DNA of 54,561 nt, filler included, from Sluysia triapertura (lineage: Eukaryota): the NCBI GenBank assembly GCA_046118255.1. It is 4 parts of 4 records of this genome, joined end to end, with 100 filler letters (N's around TTAATTAATTAA, not from the genome) between each part and the next. Parts side by side here need not be neighbours in the genome. Positions count along the whole stretch, not along the records: positions 38,415 to 54,561 come from JBJNIA010209591.1; 3 more parts are not named here. One strand, 5' to 3'. The first letter of the stretch is position 1. Every line of letters starts with the position of its first letter. The position numbers were made by a program, and so were the translations under genes. Below are positions 49,838 through 54,561 of the stretch, in pieces. The notes under the pieces are model-generated. The model saw nothing but the letters and a program-made list of their open reading frames with translations, had not been told where the DNA came from and searched no databases.

Positions 49838-51070
49838 TTAGGCTTTTTTAGGCTTCGACCATCAATAAATTGAGCCCACAATGGAAATTACAATCCATCT
49901 GAATTCCGCTATTATAGTTCCAATTAAAGTTTTTAATAAAATTGATAGGGAAGTTGGAAATTGTTTATTCTTGCTTATAAGCCATTTTTTGATGTAGTAT
50001 TTTCTTTCATCAAGTTTTGTATTATGGTAAAGTTAGAGGGAGAGCTGGATGGTGGGGTAATGTTGAATATTCGTGTTGTCAATTTTTGAAGAATGATAAT
50101 TAAAATTTACAAGATCAAATTATCCACACTGGTATTTTGTAGTTAGTATCTGGTGTTAATTGTTTACAAATAGTAGGGTGATTTCCTCCAACTTTTTTTT
50201 ATTTTCGAGTCCGGACATTTGATGAAGATATAAATTGTATAATATTATAGCGAACTTTATAGTGTCAGATATGGTTAAAATTTGTAAGTAATTTGTTATT
50301 CTCTTAACCTTCTCATCTGCCTATAGGAATTCGTTTGTTTTGAGATGAAGAACAATATGGTGATAGTCGGTTGGTGTTTTCTACATACCGGTACAAGGTT
50401 GGTGATGCATATGTTTATTCGTGATTTGGTCGTAATTGTTTAAAGCTGGCTGTCATTTTTGAATTGGGTATGTTACTAGTTGTGAAGTTGAGGTATTCTC
50501 TACAAATTTTAATTCGTATGGATAAATCCGTGTAACGATCGGTTATTTCACATGTTCTTAAAGAAGTGTCAGATCCGCTACCTAATTTTGTGAATAAGTA
50601 CACGTTATTATTGCAAGTACTACAAATGTTTATAAATTCCATCTTCCAACATTGCTATAATAGATGAGTAAAGGGTTACTTGAATGCGATGGGGTGTTAT
50701 GCTATTTGTTGATTCTTCATAAGAAGTGCAACGTGTATTTTCTCATAAAACTTAACTTGACGTGCAAATGAATGTATTTGGGTTCGATTTAAGCTTAATG
50801 CGATGTGTACGTAAGATTTTCTATATGTTACGTATTGAATAATTTCCTTCTTTGGTCGATTAATATTTATTTAATCTAAACCCTTGTTAAGTGAATCTAT
50901 CTCCTAGTCTTATAATGTTTTTTTGCTACTATTAGTTAGTTTTATGTATGAACGCCTAACATTCGTAATTCTTATTTCCTGTAACAATAGTTAGAATTCT
51001 TTATTCAACTTATTAATCTCTTTATTTACTAGTTTCTAATTAGGTGCAGTAGCAAAACTTCTTAATTTAA
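49838..51070 (-). pseudogene. Degenerate env-like ORF (heptad-like segment, Cys-containing ectodomain, C-terminal hydrophobic anchor)
   Basis: KLVNKEINKLNKEF*LLLQEI..EIDSLNKGLD; ORF 50415-50642 with 4 Cys; C-terminus SLSILLKTLIGTIIAEFRWIVISIVGSIY*WSKPKK. Confidence 0.45.
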
Positions 51071-52729
51071 TTCAATAAATTCTATTTATCTCGTCTAAAC
51101 AATAAACTAGTTTCTTCAGTAAATTCTTTTATCTATTACAAAACTCGCTCTAACACTCTAAATATTTTTATATATAACAAATGTAAAAGATATTAATAAC
51201 ACGAATTACAAGCAATAATAAATGTACACAAGCTTTTTATAGATTATGAATTAGTTATAAAATATTATTCTTTTATAATATTATACACGTTTGATTTATC
51301 GTACAGCTTCTCAGTTTACTAATTATTCAAATAAAGGATTTTTTCTAAAATCTCTTTTACAATTGGTATAGGAATGTAACATCTAAGTTAACCTAGATTA
51401 TGATATAATGCTTGTTAAGTAATAAATTATTTCTCCTCTAATAGAAAATAGACTTATGAACAATCAACTTACGATTACAGTAGAACCAATAAGTCTTTAC
51501 AAAGGAATAATTCACGACTGTTCTAATAATGACAAGAATGAATTCTTTAACGTAATAATTAGGTGAATTATTCCTGAATCTGTTCTTTTATATGGATTTC
51601 TAAAATAATTTCTAAAACGATTTCTAAAACATTTGAGAATTCAAGTGTAATTAATTCAATTATTTAATTTCAAGATAACAATAATGAGTATTCGTTGGTA
51701 TAAATAATTTTATTATTTTAGATAATAACATTCCTGATAACGGTAAGTATTATTTTAAATAATGGTAAAAAATGACACCAGGTTAATTATTATTGTTTTA
51801 TTATTATTTTATAAATTCGGATTACATTTTATTTACCTTAACCTGCTGCCAGCTATGGCAGAAGGTAGCCTTTACATCTGCAGATTATAATATATCCAAC
51901 GTTTTCGAAAAAGTTATAAAAGAACTAGTATGAAGGTGAGTAGGAAAATGATCCATGTTCATTTCTCGATTTAGGTATTCTAGTATCCATGTATCTAGCA
52001 TTGCAGTGACAAGTTTCAGCTTCGTAGTCTGCACATATCATTGAGAATTATGGTTCATTTCTATTCAGGTGGATTATATTTGTCATAATTGTACGATGGT
52101 GTTGATTATATGATGATTTACACTAGAGACATGATTTTTAAGGTACACCAAGAGTGTATAGTTATTCCTTTCAAATTTTACAGAAGTTTTAATATTTTGA
52201 TATTAATATTAATATTTTGATAATTTGGGCTATACCTTTTTATTGCTATTCGGTTTGTTAATATAAGTTACTTGTTAATATTACTATTATTAATAAACTA
52301 ATGGAATACTTTACTAGACCTTAAAAGGCTGGTTTAACGTTTGAAATCCCTAAACGATACTTTTGATTTGCACGCTAGACCATAACCGGCTAGCTCAATC
52401 TATTGGTAAACTAGACCATAATTAAACTAGTTTAATTTTACTGTCATTAGATTGGACATAATCCCGAAAAATATTTTTTGCAAAGTAACTACTTGAGACA
52501 AAGGTAAATTTGAAATACATTCTTACAAGACATTAATAAAGTGATTTTAACTATTAGACAAAATCCCAATAGACCGCTTTCGTTCAGATTTAAGTCGTTT
52601 TCTATTAGGTGAATTCAACTTCAGATTCATTTTGCAAGTATAGGTTTTCTTAGCATAAAAATTTTGCATTTCTCTGTTCAGATAAAATTCTTAATTAATT
52701 TACACCTTTTTCTCTTACATCTTTATACT

Positions 52730-54140
52730 ACCTTTTGTAAGCTATGTTAATGGTTTAGCTATTGTTGCAAAATTCTTTATAAACTTTCTGTAATAGTTTG
52801 ATAAACCTCAAGGTTCGTACTTCTATTTGTTTAATCGGTGTTGGAAATAATTTGACTTTCTATCTTTTTTAGGCCAGGAGCGATTCCATTTTTGTGATAT
52901 TACATGTCCTAAGAATAGAAGTTTATCTTTTTCCCACTCAAGTTTTGTCGGTTTTATTTTTAATTTTTCATTTTCCAATCGGATAGATACTTCTACATAC
53001 TTTAGGTGACTTTCAAAATCTGTAGAGTATAAAATAATATCGTCTATGTATACCATCTTTTGTTGGCATCCAAAGGCACCTTTTCGAATTCAGATAGTCC
53101 TCCATCAGATATGGAAATTTTCCAATATCTACTCTGTAAATCCAATGTTGTAATTTTTTTTGCTTCCAACTTAGACATATCATTTGTATTTGGTAACGGA
53201 TATTTAATTTCCTAAAATCAATACAAAATCTCATAGATCCTTCTTCTTAACTAGTAGTATTGGAGCTGAGTACGGTGAAAATCTAGCACGAATTACTCCT
53301 GCCATTTTCATTGTTTCAATTTGTGTCTTCATTAATTCAGTGTGATGAAATGATATTGGATAAGGTCGCAGTTTAATAGGTTTATCTGTGGTTAACGGAA
53401 TTGCATGCTTAATTACTGCACTACTGCCTTTGTCTTGTGGATTTTTTGATGACACTTTTGGATATTTGTCCAAAAGTTGTTCCAACTTTAATTTTTCTAT
53501 CTTATTCAAGTTATCATTATCAATTATGATTTCTTTGCAATCTTCTGAAGCAATTTTTCCTTTTGTATACACCTACATATCATCATATGTATCATATCCT
53601 TATGGTATTCTAATTTTTTTATTTTTATATAATTTTACTGGGTAATACGTAGGATTTCAAATTCAGATTAGTAATTCATGATACATTATTTTGTTGATAC
53701 TTCATGGTAATAAAATTGAATATTTGTGGTTTAAATATGCCAAAGGTTCAAACGTGAAAGTTTCTTCTAAGCAATTATTACCCATTCTAAATTCGGAGGT
53801 AGATTTGTATTTTCTCGTAATATTACAGAGTATTATTGGGGAAGTTTTTCCATAAGGTCAATTAATTCAAATTGGCTTAAATTAATAATTACGTCCAATT
53901 CCTCCAGAATGTCCATGCCTAACATCATGTCATAAGGAGAATTTTTATTACTCTCGGAGCACAGGTAACTACTCTTCCAGCGATTATAAGTTCGCATTTT
54001 AATTTTCCTATTAAATTTATTTCATCGCCGGGTACTGATGTTATAACTCTAAAATGCGATGTTTTTTCTTGCATCATTTTTTAATTTAGATTTTGAACAT
54101 AGATAGTCGAATGAGTAGCGCCGGTATCTCCTTATCTTGG
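52730..54140 (-). mobile_element. Ty3/Gypsy LTR retrotransposon pol relic (protease + reverse transcriptase)
   Basis: GDTGATHS (DTG at 54120-54128), DMMLGMDIL, PYSAPILLVKKKD, MRFCIDFRKLN, VYIDDIILYS, FLGHVIS and GLSNYYRKFIKNFATIAKPLT in canonical order. Frameshifted; integrase not seen. Confidence 0.95.
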
Positions 54141-54561
54141 GTCATTTAGACATATTCATTTGTTCTTGGAAGTAATAATCTATTGCTTCTGTGATCTCTT
54201 ATTTCATTTTCTCTCCATATTTCGAAATAATTACTTAAACGATTTGATTTATGTGGACCATCATTTTCGTTATTTCTTATTATTGTTTAAGTATTCCTCT
54301 TATGCAAAATAATTCTGGAAGTCCGTCCGACAAATCAGGCACGATTTATATCGAAAGATGACGTCCTAATTAGATTTAGAAAACGTTAAAAGAGTTAAAT
54401 ACCTAGGCAACTTAATGAGTGTGTGTCACAAAAACTAATATTAGGTGAAAATTCAAAACTTAAGGTGCTTATGTTTGTTAAACCAGCTTTTTTATGGTCT
54501 GGTCAATTTATTATTGATTTAGAAAAAGGTAAACTAAGAATAAATCTATTATAACCAAGAT

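Noticed and set aside
46885-51070. Alternative genetic code or stop readthrough (in-frame TGA/TAA/TAG in several ORFs)
   Set aside because: The same ORFs also carry frameshifts, and conserved host exons (CWF19L1, FAM126, CELF, PXYLP1) have no internal stops. Ordinary C-to-T / G-to-A decay suffices.
54440-54556. Plus-strand retropepsin-like tail (FLWSGQFIIDLEKGKLRI)
   Set aside because: Too short and lacks the catalytic motif, so it is not called as a feature.

Overview
Very AT-rich eukaryotic (metazoan) DNA with short GT-AG introns (32-74 nt plus a few of 0.2-3.5 kb). This would fit a compact-genome invertebrate such as an orthonectid, but the organism is not established. Three synthetic 100-bp linkers (44 N + TTAATTAATTAA + 44 N) split the window into four contigs whose adjacency is not biological. 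Recognisable host genes: a CELF3-6/Bruno-like gene (partial, RRM2 only), FAM126/hyccin, CWF19L1 (3' end not found) and the last two exons of a PXYLP1-like histidine phosphatase. The rest is mostly mobile or duplicated DNA: a degenerate Ty3/Gypsy PR-RT with downstream accessory and env-like ORFs, a LINE relic, TTAA-flanked piggyBac-type MITEs and a two-copy tRNA-like cassette. The most notable signal is three diverged, disabled paralogues on three contigs of an unknown ~350-aa protein ending in an Unkempt-ZnF3-type CCCH finger (C-x9-C-x6-C-x3-H). Two of them share an inverted CCAAT element and CA-skewed upstream modules that recur across the window, suggesting a multi-module, possibly mobile, gene-carrying cassette. 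All alignments and translations were done by eye; no database searches were run.
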